Part shown: piece by piece, positions 63,214 through 64,000 of the stretch
Layout of the letters: each line of letters starts with the position of its first letter
Numbering within the stretch: the first letter of the stretch is position 1
Source of the DNA: Escherichia coli
Lineage (GTDB): Bacteria; Pseudomonadota; Gammaproteobacteria; Enterobacterales; Enterobacteriaceae
NCBI RefSeq assembly: GCF_022846255.1
Contig: NZ_AP025682.1
Direction: 5' to 3' (one strand)
DNA: 64,000 nucleotides
Translations under genes and position numbers: made by a program
The notes under the pieces: model-generated
Told to the model about the DNA's origin: nothing
Databases searched by the model: none
Seen by the model: the letters and a program-made list of their open reading frames with translations, nothing else

Positions 63214-64000
63214 ATGTTATTAATTATTGCTGATTATCCAAACGAAATGAATATGCGCGAGGGAGCTATGCAACGAATAGATGCGATAGACTCTCTCATT
63301 CGAGATCGCAAGCGAGTGTATTTGAATATTTCATTCAAAAAGCATCTAGTTCGCTCAAATAGTTCCTTTAATAATGTTATAGTTGAAAATCTAAATGCAA
63401 TTATTCACAGAAACATCATAAAACAGTACATGCAAAAATCAACAACTATATATGTTCATTCTGTTTATAATTTATTAAAGGTTATAACGCTCATTGATCT
63501 AAAAAAAACAATTCTTGATATACATGGTGTTGTACCGGAAGAACTTTTGGCAGATAATAAAAAATTACTTAGTAAAGTATATAACATGGTGGAAAAAAAA
63601 GGTGTCCTTGGATGCAAAAAATTAATACACGTCAGTACAGAAATGCAAAAACACTATGAAGCAAAATATGGAGTAAACTTGGCTGAAAGGTCAATAGTGC
63701 TCCCGATTTTTGAATATAAAAATATAACCCAATCGCAAAACAAATGGACAGAAAATAAAATACGAAGTATCTATCTTGGAGGATTACAAACATGGCAAAA
63801 TATTGATAAAATGATTCAAATTTGTGATGACACAGTGATAAACAATGAAGCAGGTAAGTATGAATTCAACTTTTTCATCCCACAGAGTAACTTGGAAGGG
63901 TTTATAGATAAATATTCGTTAAAATTACATAATATCAATGCTAATGCATCTACGCTATCACGTGATGAAGTAATTCCCTTTCTAAAAGAATGTCATATTG
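63214..64000 (+). CDS. putative O-antigen glycosyltransferase-like protein, 3'-truncated by the window end
   Basis: Open frame from ATG 63214 to the window end (262 codons, no stop; translated by hand: MLLIIADYPNEMNMREGAMQRIDAIDS...). AT-rich, in the O-antigen cluster; family not assignable without a search. Confidence 0.5.
   Translation, partial: MLLIIADYPNEMNMREGAMQRIDAIDSLIRDRKRVYLNISFKKHLVRSNSSFNNVIVENLNAIIHRNIIKQYMQKSTTIYVHSVYNLLKVITLIDLKKTILDIHGVVPEELLADNKKLLSKVYNMVEKKGVLGCKKLIHVSTEMQKHYEAKYGVNLAERSIVLPIFEYKNITQSQNKWTENKIRSIYLGGLQTWQNIDKMIQICDDTVINNEAGKYEFNFFIPQSNLEGFIDKYSLKLHNINANASTLSRDEVIPFLKECHI

Overview
This window reads as a contiguous Escherichia coli-type chromosomal segment, in inverted orientation relative to K-12 numbering, with no frameshifts or insertion sequences detected. 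In order it carries: the 3' end of gatD and an apparently intact gatR; yegS; yegR; the CyaR sRNA; yegQ; a ParE/ParD-like toxin-antitoxin pair; yegP; the baeSR-mdtABCD efflux/two-component operon; two tandem Ibs/Sib type I toxin-antitoxin repeats; the yegL-yegK-yegI operon (VWA protein, PP2C phosphatase, Ser/Thr kinase); yegD; alkA; dgcE; udk-dcd-asmA; yegH; the complete colanic acid cluster wza to wcaM; galF; and the AT-rich start of an O-antigen cluster (rmlBDAC, wzx, a UDP-GlcNAc 2-epimerase and a truncated glycosyltransferase-like ORF). The best candidates for a poorly described system are the translationally coupled yegL-yegK-yegI triad and the ParDE-like pair between yegP and yegQ, which I believe is absent from K-12. 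All gene identities rest on reading the supplied translations and on recalled family signatures; no database search was run, and coordinates of sRNAs and regulatory sites are approximate.
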